Source: Terriglobia bacterium
GTDB lineage: Bacteria; Acidobacteriota; Polarisedimenticolia; Polarisedimenticolales; JAIQFR01
Reading direction: 5' to 3'
Length of the DNA stretch: 64,000 nucleotides
NCBI GenBank assembly: GCA_963748015.1
Contig: CAVVHE010000004.1
Location: 736,001 to 800,000 of the forward strand
The notes beneath the pieces are model-generated. The model did not search any database. It was not told the DNA's origin and saw only the letters and a list, made by a program, of their open reading frames with translations. Every line of letters begins with the position of its first letter. Position 1 is the first letter of the stretch. Of this stretch, positions 37,366 through 47,700 are shown one piece after another. A program made the translations under genes and the position numbers.

Positions 37366-39396
37366 GTGCCCTCTGATCCCGTCTCGAGCGAGGAACCGCT
37401 CCGCGGCGAGAGTTTCCTGCGCGGACTGAAGAGGGCGGTCGTCGGGAACCCGAAGGACCCGCGGGATCCCGACGTATTCCACAAGATCTCGCTGATGGCG
37501 TTCCTGGCCTGGGTGGGCCTGGGCGCCGACGGATTGTCCTCGTCGTCGTACGGGCCGGACGAGGCCTTCCGCGCTCTCGCCGGGCACGAGTACCTTGCTT
37601 TCTACCTCGCGCTGATGACCGCCCTGACGGTGGCGATCATCTCGTACTGCTACAGCCTGGTCGTCGAGCATTTCCCGGGCGGAGGCGGTGGCTACGTCGT
37701 CGCCACGAAGCTCCTCGGTCCCATCCCGGGAGTCGTTTCCGGCTCCGCGCTGGTCGTGGACTACGTGCTCACCGTCACCGTCTCGGTCTGCTCCGGAGTG
37801 GATGCCCTTCTGAGCTTCCTGCCTCTTTCCTGGCACGCGGCCAGGGTGCCGATCGACCTCGTGATCGTGCTTCTCCTTCTGGTGCTGAACCTCCGGGGGA
37901 TCAAGGAGTCGATCAAGGTCCTGCTTCCGATCTTCCTCGTGTTCCTCGCGACCCACCTGCTCCTGATCGTGTATGGCGTGCTCGCCCACGCGGGCGCGTT
38001 CGCGGAGGTGGTAGGCCGGGTACACACGGAGACGTCGCGGGACGTCGGAGCCCTCGGCGTCTGGGCGGTGCTGCTGCTGCTATTCCGGGCCTATTCCATG
38101 GGGGCGGGGACCTACACGGGAATCGAGGCGGTGTCGAACGGCATGCAGATCCTGCGCGAGCCGCGGGTCGCGACCGCTCGCCGCACCATGCTGTACATGG
38201 CGCTCTCCCTGGCCTTCACCGCCGGCGGCATCCTAATCTGCTACCTGCTGTGGCAGGCTGCCCCCGAGACGGGCAAGACGATGAACGCCGTGCTCCTCGA
38301 TAGGGTGCTGGGCTCGTGGCACATCGGGGGGTGGGGTATCGGGGGCTGGCTCGTGGTCATAACGCTCGCCTCGGAGGGAGCGCTCCTGTTCGTTGCCGCG
38401 CAGACGGGCTTCATCGACGGCCCGCGCATTCTCTCGAACATGGCACTCGACTCGTGGGTCCCCCACAAGTTCGCCAACCTCTCCGAACGCCTCGTGACCC
38501 AGAACGGCGTGGTCCTCATGGCGGCGGCTTCGGCGATCCTGGTCGTTTACACCCGGGGGAGCGTCGCGTTCCTCGTGGTCCTGTATTCGATCAACGTGTT
38601 CCTGACGTTCAGCCTGACTCAGTTGAGCATGGTGCGGCTGTGGATCCGGGAGCGCGGCGGGCACCCGCACTGGCGCCGCAACCTCTTCGCCAATGCGCTG
38701 GGGTTCCTGCTCTGCGCGACCGTTCTCGTCGTCGTCACGCTCGAGAAATTCAAGGAGGGTGGGTGGCTGACCTTCGCCATCACATCGACCTTCATCGGCG
38801 CTTGCTTCCTCGTCCAGCGACACTACTCGGCGGTGCGCCGCGAGATCGCGAAGCTCGACGAGGTCCTGGCCGAGCTTCCCGCCGAGCGGGAGCCCGCGGG
38901 CCCGCAGAAGCCCGAGGCGGACCAGCCCGTCGCGGCGCTCCTGGTCTCCGGATACGGAGGGCTCGGCGTCCACTCGCTCCTCTCGGTGCAGCAGCTGTTC
39001 CCCGGGTACTACAAGGGGATCGTGTTCCTCTCCGTGGGTCGAGTGGACTCGGGCGCGTTCAAGGGGACGGCGGAAGTGGAAGGGCTCGTCAAGAACACCG
39101 AGGAAAACCTGGATCGCTACGTCCGAATGGCCCGCAGCCTCGGCCTCAAGGCGGATGCGATGTACCGGATTGGGACGGACGTGGTCCGGGACTCCGAGGG
39201 GCTCTGCCAGGAGGTGAAGGCACTCTATCCCAGGGCGGTCTTCTTCCTCGGCAAACTAGTGTTCGCCCAGGACCGGTTCAGTCACAGTTTTCTCCACAAC
39301 GACACCGCGAACTCGATCCAGCGGCGGTTGCAGTTCGGCGGCCTCCAGACGATCATCCTCCCGATCCGCATCCGTCTCTCGAGAGGTTATCGCTGA
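37366..39396 (+). CDS. APC-superfamily permease (KimA-like)
   Basis: ADGLSSSSYGP, GGGGY, TGIEAVSNG; multi-TM with a cytoplasmic C-terminal domain. Confidence 0.85.
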   Translation: MPSDPVSSEEPLRGESFLRGLKRAVVGNPKDPRDPDVFHKISLMAFLAWVGLGADGLSSSSYGPDEAFRALAGHEYLAFYLALMTALTVAIISYCYSLVVEHFPGGGGGYVVATKLLGPIPGVVSGSALVVDYVLTVTVSVCSGVDALLSFLPLSWHAARVPIDLVIVLLLLVLNLRGIKESIKVLLPIFLVFLATHLLLIVYGVLAHAGAFAEVVGRVHTETSRDVGALGVWAVLLLLFRAYSMGAGTYTGIEAVSNGMQILREPRVATARRTMLYMALSLAFTAGGILICYLLWQAAPETGKTMNAVLLDRVLGSWHIGGWGIGGWLVVITLASEGALLFVAAQTGFIDGPRILSNMALDSWVPHKFANLSERLVTQNGVVLMAAASAILVVYTRGSVAFLVVLYSINVFLTFSLTQLSMVRLWIRERGGHPHWRRNLFANALGFLLCATVLVVVTLEKFKEGGWLTFAITSTFIGACFLVQRHYSAVRREIAKLDEVLAELPAEREPAGPQKPEADQPVAALLVSGYGGLGVHSLLSVQQLFPGYYKGIVFLSVGRVDSGAFKGTAEVEGLVKNTEENLDRYVRMARSLGLKADAMYRIGTDVVRDSEGLCQEVKALYPRAVFFLGKLVFAQDRFSHSFLHNDTANSIQRRLQFGGLQTIILPIRIRLSRGYR

Positions 39397-39415
39397 CCGG
39401 GTCGAAGGAACGCTC

Positions 39416-40552
39416 ATGAGCGGGAAGGGTACGGCGGAGGGTGGGGCGGGGCGCCCCGACGAAAGCCTCCCGCGGGTCGTCCTCGACGATTTCCGCTCCG
39501 GGAGGATAGGCCGGGGGCTACGGGAAGACTTTCGCGAGCTCTACCGGTTCTACTTCACCGAGGAAGAGCGGGAGAAGCTCGCCCGCAGGGGTCCTGTCGG
39601 CCGCTTCTTCCACGTGACATGGAACCTGATGCTGGCCCTGATCGTCCGCCTTTCTCCCGTGCGGCGCGCGATGCTCCTCCTCTCCCTGCTCTTCGCGCTC
39701 TTCGGCACCGCGAACTACAAGGTGGGCGTGCTCTCGATCCGACTTTCCATGTCGCCGGTCGCCTACGTGCTGGTTCTCCTCGTCCTGCTCCTCGAGTTGA
39801 AGGACAAGCTCCTCGCCCGCGACGAGATCGCCGTCGCGCGGCAGGTGCAGCTGGCTCTGCTGCCCCGGGACCAGCCCGCTCTGCGCGGTTGGTCGCTCTG
39901 GTGCTCCACGCGCCCCGCGAACGACGTCGGGGGCGACCTCGTGGACCACCTTCCCCTGACCGGCGGCGACCTCGGCGTGGTCCTCGGAGACGTGGCGGGC
40001 AAGGGGCTCGGGGCGGCGCTGCTCTGCGCGAAGCTGCAGGCTTCCCTCCGCGCGGTGATCCCGGAGTGCCGTTCGCTCGCCGACCTCGGCGCGCGGCTCA
40101 ACGACATCCTCCACCGGGACGGCATCGAGAACCGCTATGCCACGCTCTTCTACGCGGAGATCGTGCCGGACGCGGGGAGGCTCCGGTTCCTGAACGCCGG
40201 GCACAACGCGGCCCTGGTCTTCCGGCGTGCGGGCATCGAGCGTCTCGGAGCGTCCGCGCCGCCGCTGGGGATGTTCGAGGGGACCTCGTACCGGGAGGAG
40301 GTCCTCGATCTCGAGCCGGGCGACCTCGTCGTCGCCTTCTCCGACGGCCTCTCCGAGGCGACGAACGACCGCGAGGAGGAGTTCGGCCAGGCCCGCATCG
40401 AGACGCTCGCCGCGTCGCTGCGAGGCCGGCCCGCGGCGGAGGCGGGAGAGCGCATCCTGCGCGAGGCCGACCGGTTCCTCGGCGACCGGAGGCCCCACGA
40501 CGACCTCTCGCTGTTCGTGCTCTCCCGCGTTGCCGGGGGGCGGGATTCCTGA
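39416..40552 (+). CDS. PP2C/SpoIIE-family protein phosphatase with N-terminal TM helices
   Basis: VGGD, GDVAGKG, NAGH, FSDGLSE, DDLS. Confidence 0.9.
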   Translation: MSGKGTAEGGAGRPDESLPRVVLDDFRSGRIGRGLREDFRELYRFYFTEEEREKLARRGPVGRFFHVTWNLMLALIVRLSPVRRAMLLLSLLFALFGTANYKVGVLSIRLSMSPVAYVLVLLVLLLELKDKLLARDEIAVARQVQLALLPRDQPALRGWSLWCSTRPANDVGGDLVDHLPLTGGDLGVVLGDVAGKGLGAALLCAKLQASLRAVIPECRSLADLGARLNDILHRDGIENRYATLFYAEIVPDAGRLRFLNAGHNAALVFRRAGIERLGASAPPLGMFEGTSYREEVLDLEPGDLVVAFSDGLSEATNDREEEFGQARIETLAASLRGRPAAEAGERILREADRFLGDRRPHDDLSLFVLSRVAGGRDS

Positions 40553-40577
40553 CCCGCCGCCTGCCGGTGCCGTCGTC

Positions 40578-41138
40578 TTACTTGTGGCCGAGCAGTCCCT
40601 CGCGGAGAGCCGTGTTGGGTGGGTTCGGCCCGAGCCAGATGGAGAAGAGCACCTTCGCGAAATCGGCGCCCGGGATGGTCGCCGCGCCGTTCCCGTTCAC
40701 CTCGACGACGACGCCGCGCTCCGGGATCGACGAGAAGGCGAGCACGTCCTTCTCGCGGAGGTCGGGCATCGCCCGGTTCAGGGTTTCGAGCCGGTCCTTG
40801 AGCGAGGGCAGGGCCGCGCCGGCGTTCTTCTCGAACCCTTCGGTCCAGGCTTTCACGATGTCGTCCCGGCCCACGTTGCGCACGAAGCGGAGCTCGATCT
40901 TCCGCACGCCCTCGGAAGCCAGGATCTCGCCCGCGTCGGCGTTCTTCTTCTCGAGGTAGAGCCCCGCAACGTAGACCTTGGCGATCCCGTAGGCCTTTCG
41001 CAGGCCCAGGCCGTTCAGGACCAGCCCCTTCCCCTCGAGCGTGATCTGGTCGGGGAACGTCACCCCCGAAAGCTCGCCGGCGAGCGCCGGTAGGGCGATG
41101 CACGCGATCAGGCCGACGAACAGAGCGGTCCTTCTCAT
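40578..41138 (-). CDS. Chalcone-isomerase-like exported protein
   Basis: Signal peptide; LNGLGLR...KVYVAGLYL; FSIWLG..P...LREGLLG. Confidence 0.85.
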   Translation of the reverse strand: MRRTALFVGLIACIALPALAGELSGVTFPDQITLEGKGLVLNGLGLRKAYGIAKVYVAGLYLEKKNADAGEILASEGVRKIELRFVRNVGRDDIVKAWTEGFEKNAGAALPSLKDRLETLNRAMPDLREKDVLAFSSIPERGVVVEVNGNGAATIPGADFAKVLFSIWLGPNPPNTALREGLLGHK

Positions 41139-41217
41139 GGTTTCCCCCCGGTTGCGACGAATCCGTTTCATGCTACCACGCGCACGTGTCGTCATCGCGG
41201 TCCGATGGGACCGCGGG

Positions 41218-44200
41218 CTAGCGCGACATGTCGGGCGGCGTCGGGACCGGCGGGTCCGCAACGGGTTTCTTGCGGAGCGACTCCAAAAGGACCTCCACCG
41301 CCTTCTCGAGGCTCGGATCGCCGCCCGCGATGCGGGATTCCGGCAGGTCGACGACCTCCACGTCCGGCGAGACGCCCCGGTTCTCGACGACCCACTCGCC
41401 GTTCTCGTCGTAGATGCGGAACGTGGGTACGTCCACGCTCCCTCCGTCCGCGAGCGAGGGATTGCCCGAGAGGCCGATGAGCCCGCCCCAGGTCCGCGTC
41501 CCGATGAGGGGGCCTAGCCCGTTCTTCCGGAAGAAGTAGGGGAGCGCATCGCCGCCCGAGGAGGAATAACCGTTGATGAGCATCGCCTTCGGGCCATCGT
41601 GGGCGAACGCCGGCGTGCGCGTGCTCTCGACCCCCCGGCGCGCCCACCAGGCGAGGGTCTTGCGGGAGAAGTACCCGATCATTCGGTCCGGGATGAACCC
41701 TCCGCCGTTGTACCGGTCGTCGATCACCAGCGCGGGCTTCGAGACCTGCGAGTAGAAGAGCTTCTGGAGCATCCGGTTCCCGGGGATCGCGGTGTCCGGC
41801 AGGTGGATGTAGCCGACCTTCCCCCCGGAGAGGCGCTCGGCCAGGGCCATGCGCCCGCGCACCCAGTCGAGGTAGCGCAGGCTCAGCTCGCTCGCGATCG
41901 CGCGGACCACCACGGTCCGCCCGCTTCCGGGCTCCGGACGGGCCGACACGGTCAGCGACACCTGGCGGTCCGCCTTGTTCTCGAGGAGACGGTAGGGGTT
42001 GTCGCGCGTGGTCAGGTCGTGCCCGTCGATCGCGAGCAGGAATTCCCCTTCCTTGACGCCGACGCCCGGCTCCGTGAGGGGAGAGCGCCACGCCTCGTCC
42101 CAGTTCTCTCCGCCGAAGATCCTGGCGAACCGGTAGCGCCCGGAGGGGTCGGCCTCGAACTCGCAGCCGAGCATCCCGCCCTGGACGCGCGGCACCCGGG
42201 GCTCGTCGCCGGACGAGACGTACGTGTGCCCCGCCTCTAGCTCTCCGATCATCTCCCCGAAGAGGAAATCGAGGTCGGCGCGATGCGCGACGAACGGGAC
42301 GAGAACGCGGTACCGCTCGCCGATCTTCTTCCAGTTCACGCCGTGCATCTCCGGGTCGTAGAACCAGTCCCGGTAGATCCGGAAGGCGTCCTCGAACATC
42401 TGCCGCCACTCGGCTCTAGGATCGAGCTTCACCTTGAGCCCGGAGAGGTCCAATCGCCCGTCCCCCGCCTTGAGGCCGGCGCGCGCGTCGGCGATCGCCC
42501 AGTCCTTCCCGGACCTGTAAAGGAGTTTCTTGCCGTCTCCGGAGAGCACGTACGCGTCCACGCTGTCCTGGACCTTCTCTTCCTTCCGCTCCTTGAGGTC
42601 GTAGCGGTAGAGTGCCCGGTCGGGGCCGTCGTCTCCCTTCAGGTAGTAGACGGCTTCGCCGGCGGCGCCCAGCTGCGCGTAGTTGCCCGCCTTGAGGCCG
42701 GGGAGCGCGATCGTGCGCGACGCGAACCCGTCGGCGACGACGTTGACGGGGGAAAGAGCCTCCTTGGTTTTTTCCTCCTGCAGGCCCCCGGCGGCTTCGG
42801 ACGCCTCCTTCGACGGCTTTCCCTCCGCCTCCTTGGGCTTGGCGGCCTCGTACTTCGGCTTCTCCTCGTCGCTCTTCGGGGGGAAGAGCGCGGGCGCGTC
42901 GGGGTCGAGCGACGCGACGTACACGCGGGTCGCCCTGGCGTAAACGTAGTCGAACTCGAAGGCGCTGAAGGTCGGCTGGTAGTCGCGGTTGCTCAGGAAG
43001 AAGAGGTGCTTGCCGTCCGCGCTGAACGCGGGACTGAAATCGTTCGTGAGGCCGTCCCCGAGCAGGAACGATTGCTTCTTCTCGATCGAGTAGACCGCGA
43101 TTCCCGGGAGGCGCGTCGGGTGGCTCTTCTCGTACGCGAGCCAGCGCCCGTCCGGCGACCAGCGGTAGAAGTCGAGGTCCTCGCGGGTTCCGCGGTCCAC
43201 CTCCGTGAAGTCCCCGCTCGCGATGTCCAGGATGCGGAGGCGCTGCCGGCGGTCGCCGAACGCGAGCTTCTTCGAGTCCGGGCTGAAGACCGGCGGGAGG
43301 CGCCAGACGTCGCCGCCGGTCGTCAGCTTCCGGCTCTCGCCCGAGCCGTCCTGGGCCCTGATGTAGAGCTCGTACTCGCCGGTGGCGTCGGACAGGTAGG
43401 CGATCCACTTGCCGTCGGGAGACCAGGCGGGGGACATCTCGCGGACCCCCTGCGTATCGGTGAGGTTGCGGGTTACGCCGTCCTTGGCGGGGACCGAGAA
43501 CAGGTCTCCGCGCGCGCCGAAGACCGCCCTTGCGCCGCTGGGCGAGAGGTCGGCCTCCCTCGCGAACTCGCGCACGTCCTTGAAGTGGGGGACCGCGTCC
43601 GCCGCGTCGGAGCCGAGCGTGATCGGTATCCGGGCCGGCTTCTCGTCGGCGAGCCCCATGTGGTAGAGGTAGCCGCCGTTCATGAACACGATCGCGCCGG
43701 GGCCGAGGCTCGGCCACAGAACGTCGTACTCGTCGAAGCGGGTCACCTTCCGCGTGGCGCCGGTCTTGAGGTCGAACGCGAAGAGGTTGATGGTGTTCTC
43801 TCGGTCCGACGCGAAGTAGATCGTCTCTCCCGCCCACATCGGAAAGTTGTCGGTCGCGGGATCGTCGGTGATGCGGCGGGAACGCTTGGCCTCGAGATCG
43901 TACGTCCACACGTCCTGCGCCCGGCCGCCGCGGGTGCGCTTCCAGGTCCGGAATTCCCTGTCCACCGGGCAGTACGCGAGCTTCTTCCCGTCCGGGGCGA
44001 ACGACGCGCTCCCCCCTTCGAGCAGCGGCAGCGGGGTCTCGAGGCCGCCCGAGGGATCCACGACGAAGTACCGCCCCATCCGTTGGCCCCACGGGGTCCG
44101 GTTCATGCGCACGAGGATCTTGCCGCCCGGGGTCCAGCCGAGGACCCAGTCGTCCCAGCCTCCGCGCGGCGGCATCGGTCCGACGTCGGTGTAGAAGGTC

Positions 44201-44556
44201 AGCTGCCGCGGCTCTCCGCCCCAGGCGGGCATCACGTAGACCTGCCGCGAGCCGGTGTACTCGGCGCAAAAGGCGATCCACCTTCCGTCGGGGGAGATCT
44301 TCGGGAACAGCTCGAGCCCTTCATGGGAGGTCAGGCGCATCGCCGGGCCGCCCGCCGTGGGCGCCCGCCAGATGTCCCCGGCGTAGACGAACACGACGAA
44401 GTCGCCGTGGATGTCGGGGAACCTCAGGAGCCGGGCCTCCGGCGGGCCGCTCTCCGCCGCGAGCGCGACTGGAGGGGACGCCGCGAGCGCGGCGAGCAGC
44501 AGGGCGAACGCGAGAACGGGGACGGGCGACGTCCGAGAGTTCCGATTCGTGGCCAT
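41218..44556 (-). CDS. Tricorn protease-like S41 family peptidase
   Basis: Beta-propeller repeats (WSPDG), PDZ domain, GYIHLPD, RYNGGG, SSGGD catalytic Ser, IGTRTWGG. Confidence 0.93.
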   Translation of the reverse strand: MATNRNSRTSPVPVLAFALLLAALAASPPVALAAESGPPEARLLRFPDIHGDFVVFVYAGDIWRAPTAGGPAMRLTSHEGLELFPKISPDGRWIAFCAEYTGSRQVYVMPAWGGEPRQLTFYTDVGPMPPRGGWDDWVLGWTPGGKILVRMNRTPWGQRMGRYFVVDPSGGLETPLPLLEGGSASFAPDGKKLAYCPVDREFRTWKRTRGGRAQDVWTYDLEAKRSRRITDDPATDNFPMWAGETIYFASDRENTINLFAFDLKTGATRKVTRFDEYDVLWPSLGPGAIVFMNGGYLYHMGLADEKPARIPITLGSDAADAVPHFKDVREFAREADLSPSGARAVFGARGDLFSVPAKDGVTRNLTDTQGVREMSPAWSPDGKWIAYLSDATGEYELYIRAQDGSGESRKLTTGGDVWRLPPVFSPDSKKLAFGDRRQRLRILDIASGDFTEVDRGTREDLDFYRWSPDGRWLAYEKSHPTRLPGIAVYSIEKKQSFLLGDGLTNDFSPAFSADGKHLFFLSNRDYQPTFSAFEFDYVYARATRVYVASLDPDAPALFPPKSDEEKPKYEAAKPKEAEGKPSKEASEAAGGLQEEKTKEALSPVNVVADGFASRTIALPGLKAGNYAQLGAAGEAVYYLKGDDGPDRALYRYDLKERKEEKVQDSVDAYVLSGDGKKLLYRSGKDWAIADARAGLKAGDGRLDLSGLKVKLDPRAEWRQMFEDAFRIYRDWFYDPEMHGVNWKKIGERYRVLVPFVAHRADLDFLFGEMIGELEAGHTYVSSGDEPRVPRVQGGMLGCEFEADPSGRYRFARIFGGENWDEAWRSPLTEPGVGVKEGEFLLAIDGHDLTTRDNPYRLLENKADRQVSLTVSARPEPGSGRTVVVRAIASELSLRYLDWVRGRMALAERLSGGKVGYIHLPDTAIPGNRMLQKLFYSQVSKPALVIDDRYNGGGFIPDRMIGYFSRKTLAWWARRGVESTRTPAFAHDGPKAMLINGYSSSGGDALPYFFRKNGLGPLIGTRTWGGLIGLSGNPSLADGGSVDVPTFRIYDENGEWVVENRGVSPDVEVVDLPESRIAGGDPSLEKAVEVLLESLRKKPVADPPVPTPPDMSR

Positions 44557-44744
44557 CACGCGGCTCTCCAGGGGAAGCGCCGCGGGCGCATCGCCGGCGG
44601 CGAGGAATACTCGCACGAGCCGCCCCGAGATCCAAACGCACGAGCGCGAAACTCGCGCGATCGGCATTATGATTAGGGCCGGGCCGCGCGAGGCGGCGGT
44701 CCGCGGAGGTCAGGTGTGCGTGTGCGCGCCTCGGCAGGGGAGAC

Positions 44745-47700
44745 ATGTCGCTCAACGGTCAGATCGGGCAGTACGAGATCCTCGAGATCCTCGGTTCCGG
44801 GGCGATGGGAGAGGTCTACCGCGCCACGGACACCAAGATGTTCGACCGCGTCGTCGCGCTCAAGATCCTCTCCGAGCGGCTCTCCCAGAACGAGCAGGCC
44901 TGCGCGAGGTTCAAGCGGGAGGTGGAAGTCGCCTCGAGCCTCACCCATCCCCACATCGTGACGATTCACGACCGCGGGGAGCACGACGGGCGCCCGTACT
45001 TCGTGATGGAGTACCTCGAGGGAACGGACCTCACGGAGCTGATCCGCTCCCACGCGAGCCGGACGATCGAGCAGCGCATCGAGATGGCGAGGCAGATCGC
45101 CGACGCCCTGCAGTTCGCTCACCGTCACAACGTCGTCCATCGCGACGTGAAGCCGTCGAACATCATGCTCACCGTCGTCGGGGGGCAGGAGCAGACGAAG
45201 CTCGTGGACTTCGGGATCGCGCACATCGAGCGCTCGAGCCTGACCCGCGCGACGACCCAGCCCGGGACGTTCTCGTACATGTCGCCGGAGCAGCTCAAGA
45301 ACGATGCGCTGGACCATCGCAGCGACCTGTTCTCCCTCGGGATCGTCCTCTACGAGCTGTTCACGGGCACCCACCCGTTCGACGCGCCGAGCGAGGCCCT
45401 GATCACCACGCGGATCCTCCGGGACGAGCCCGAGCCGGCTCGCAACCGCAACTCGGATGTACCGGCGGCCCTCGATTCCCTGATCCTCAAGCTCCTCGAG
45501 AAGGAGCCGATGCAGCGGCCGCAGACCTCGGGAGAGGTCGCGGACGCGCTGCGCCAGATCCTGCGGAAGCTCCAGACGCGAGGGGTGGCGACGGACCCGT
45601 CCGAGTACTCGAATCTCGACGACCTGACGCGGCAGATGGTCGAGAACCTCCTGACGTGGGCCCGGCAGAAGGAAGCGGAGGGCTCGCTCGAGGAGGCGCT
45701 CAAGGCCTACGAGAAGGCCCACCAGCTCGCCCCGGACAGCGAGCGGCTGAAGCTGAAGCTCCCGAGGCTCAAGCACCGGATCGAGTCCGAGAGGAAGCTG
45801 CGGGAGCTGCTCGATCGGGCGCGGGAGGCCGTCTCTCGCGGAGCGGCCGGGGAGGCGCGCGAACACTGGCGCGACGCATGGATCCTGAGTCCGGAGAGCG
45901 AGGAGGTGGCGGCGCTCGACCGGGAGATCGAGGCGGCCGAGCGGACGAGTCCGGAGGACCGTGAGCGGAAGGAGTTCGTCGAGTCGCACATCCGGAAGGT
46001 CGAGGAGGCCCTCGACGCGGGACGGACCGACGTGGCCCGGATGCCGCTCGTCGAGATCCTCAAGCGTTACCCGAACGAGACGCTCGCGGGCCTGATGCTC
46101 GACCGGCTGATGGTGATCACCGCGAGCGGCATCCCCTACGGCGAGTACCGGGGGATCCTGAGGGAGGCGAAGACGGCGCTGGGCCTCGGGCGATTCGCCG
46201 ACGCGCAGGCCGGGTGCCGCCGGGCGCAGGAGATCTGGCGGGGCGACGAGGAGGCGATCTCGCTCGAGAGGGAAATCGCTTCGCGGATTCAGTCCGAGGT
46301 CGGGGCTCTGGTCTCGCGGATCGAGCGGAGCATCCAGGAGGCCGAGGAGCCGGGGCGCGACGACGCCCGGGCGATCGAGAGCGTGAACGCCGCCCTCGAC
46401 GCCCTAGAGAAGGCGGCGGCCCTCGGCGCGGACGCGGGATGGGTCCGGGCCGCGGACGAGCAGGCCCGGCGGCGGAAGGACGAGATCGAGGAGCGCGCGC
46501 GGGCTCGCGAGCGACAGGAGAGGGAGCGGGAGGAGCAGCGCCGGAAGGTGGTGGGGAGCTTCCTGCAGCGCGGCCGCAACCTCCACGACGAGGCGGAAGC
46601 GCTGCGGCGGCGAGGCCTTCCCGACGCCGAGCGCGCGGTCGACTCGTTTCAGCAGGCGCGATCGGCCTACTCCAAGGTCCTCGAGGAGGAGCCGGAGAAC
46701 GGCGAGGCGCTCGAAGCGATCCGGCGGATCGACGGGGCGCGCTCCGACCTCGAGAAGGAGATCGAATCCGCGCGGCGGCGGCGGAGCGAAGCCTCGGGGC
46801 TCGCGTCGGTCGCCCGCTCGGCGCTGGAGCGCGCGAGAGCCGGGGCGGAAGGCGACGAGGAGGCCCAGCGCCGCAGCCTTGACCTGGTCCAGGAAGGGCT
46901 CGAGGCGGCCGAGAGAGCCCTGGCGATGGACCCGGCTCTGGACGAGGCGGCAGGCTCGCGCCGCGAGCTCGTGGCCCTCGGGACGTCGCTGCGCGAGGAG
47001 ACCGCGCGGCGCGAGGCGGCCAGGAAGGAGATACAGTCGCGCAGGGAGGCGACGATCGGGTCGGCGCTGGCGGAGGGGCGCGGCCTCCTCGGCAAGATGG
47101 AGCCGCTCGTCTCGGGGGACCTGGACGAGCTAGCGAAAGCCGAGGAAGTGGGGCTTGCCGCCGAGGTCTCCTACCGGAAGGTCCTCGCCCTCGATCCGGA
47201 CCAGGGCGAGGCGAAGGAAGCCTTGCAGGTCCTGGCGAGCTACGTCGAGCACGCGCGCTCCGAGTTGCAGCGGAGGCGGAAGGAGGCGGACGAGCGCGCC
47301 CGCGAGTCCGCGGAGCAGGAGCGGCGCAAGCGCGAGGCAGTGGAGGCGGAGGAGAAAGCGACGCGCGGTGCCCGGCAAGCGGCGGAGGCCGCCGAGAAGG
47401 CGACGCGCGAGGCCGCGAAGGCGGCGGAGCAGGAGCGGCGCGAGTCGGCACGGGCGGAGAAGCTCCGCGCGGCCCTGTCGAGCGCCCGGCAGGCGCTGGA
47501 CGAAGCGCAGTCCCTGGGATCGAAAGGCGGCGAGGAAGGCGACCGGCTCCTCAAGCTGATCGAAACGTCGAGGGGCTCGCTGCGCGAAGCCACGGAGATC
47601 GACCCCGGGAACGCCGAAGCGCGGAAGCTCGCGGAGAGCCTCGAGTCCCTTTCGGCCAAGGTGTCCCCGGAGATCGAGAAAGCCCGGCGGCGCGCCGCGC

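Noticed and set aside
42283..44676. Long antisense or alternative-frame ORFs (for example 42283-44676 +, 56288-60157 +, 26683-29499 -)
   Set aside because: They overlap well-supported genes and are Arg/Gly/Pro-rich without family motifs, as expected from stop-codon scarcity in high-GC DNA.
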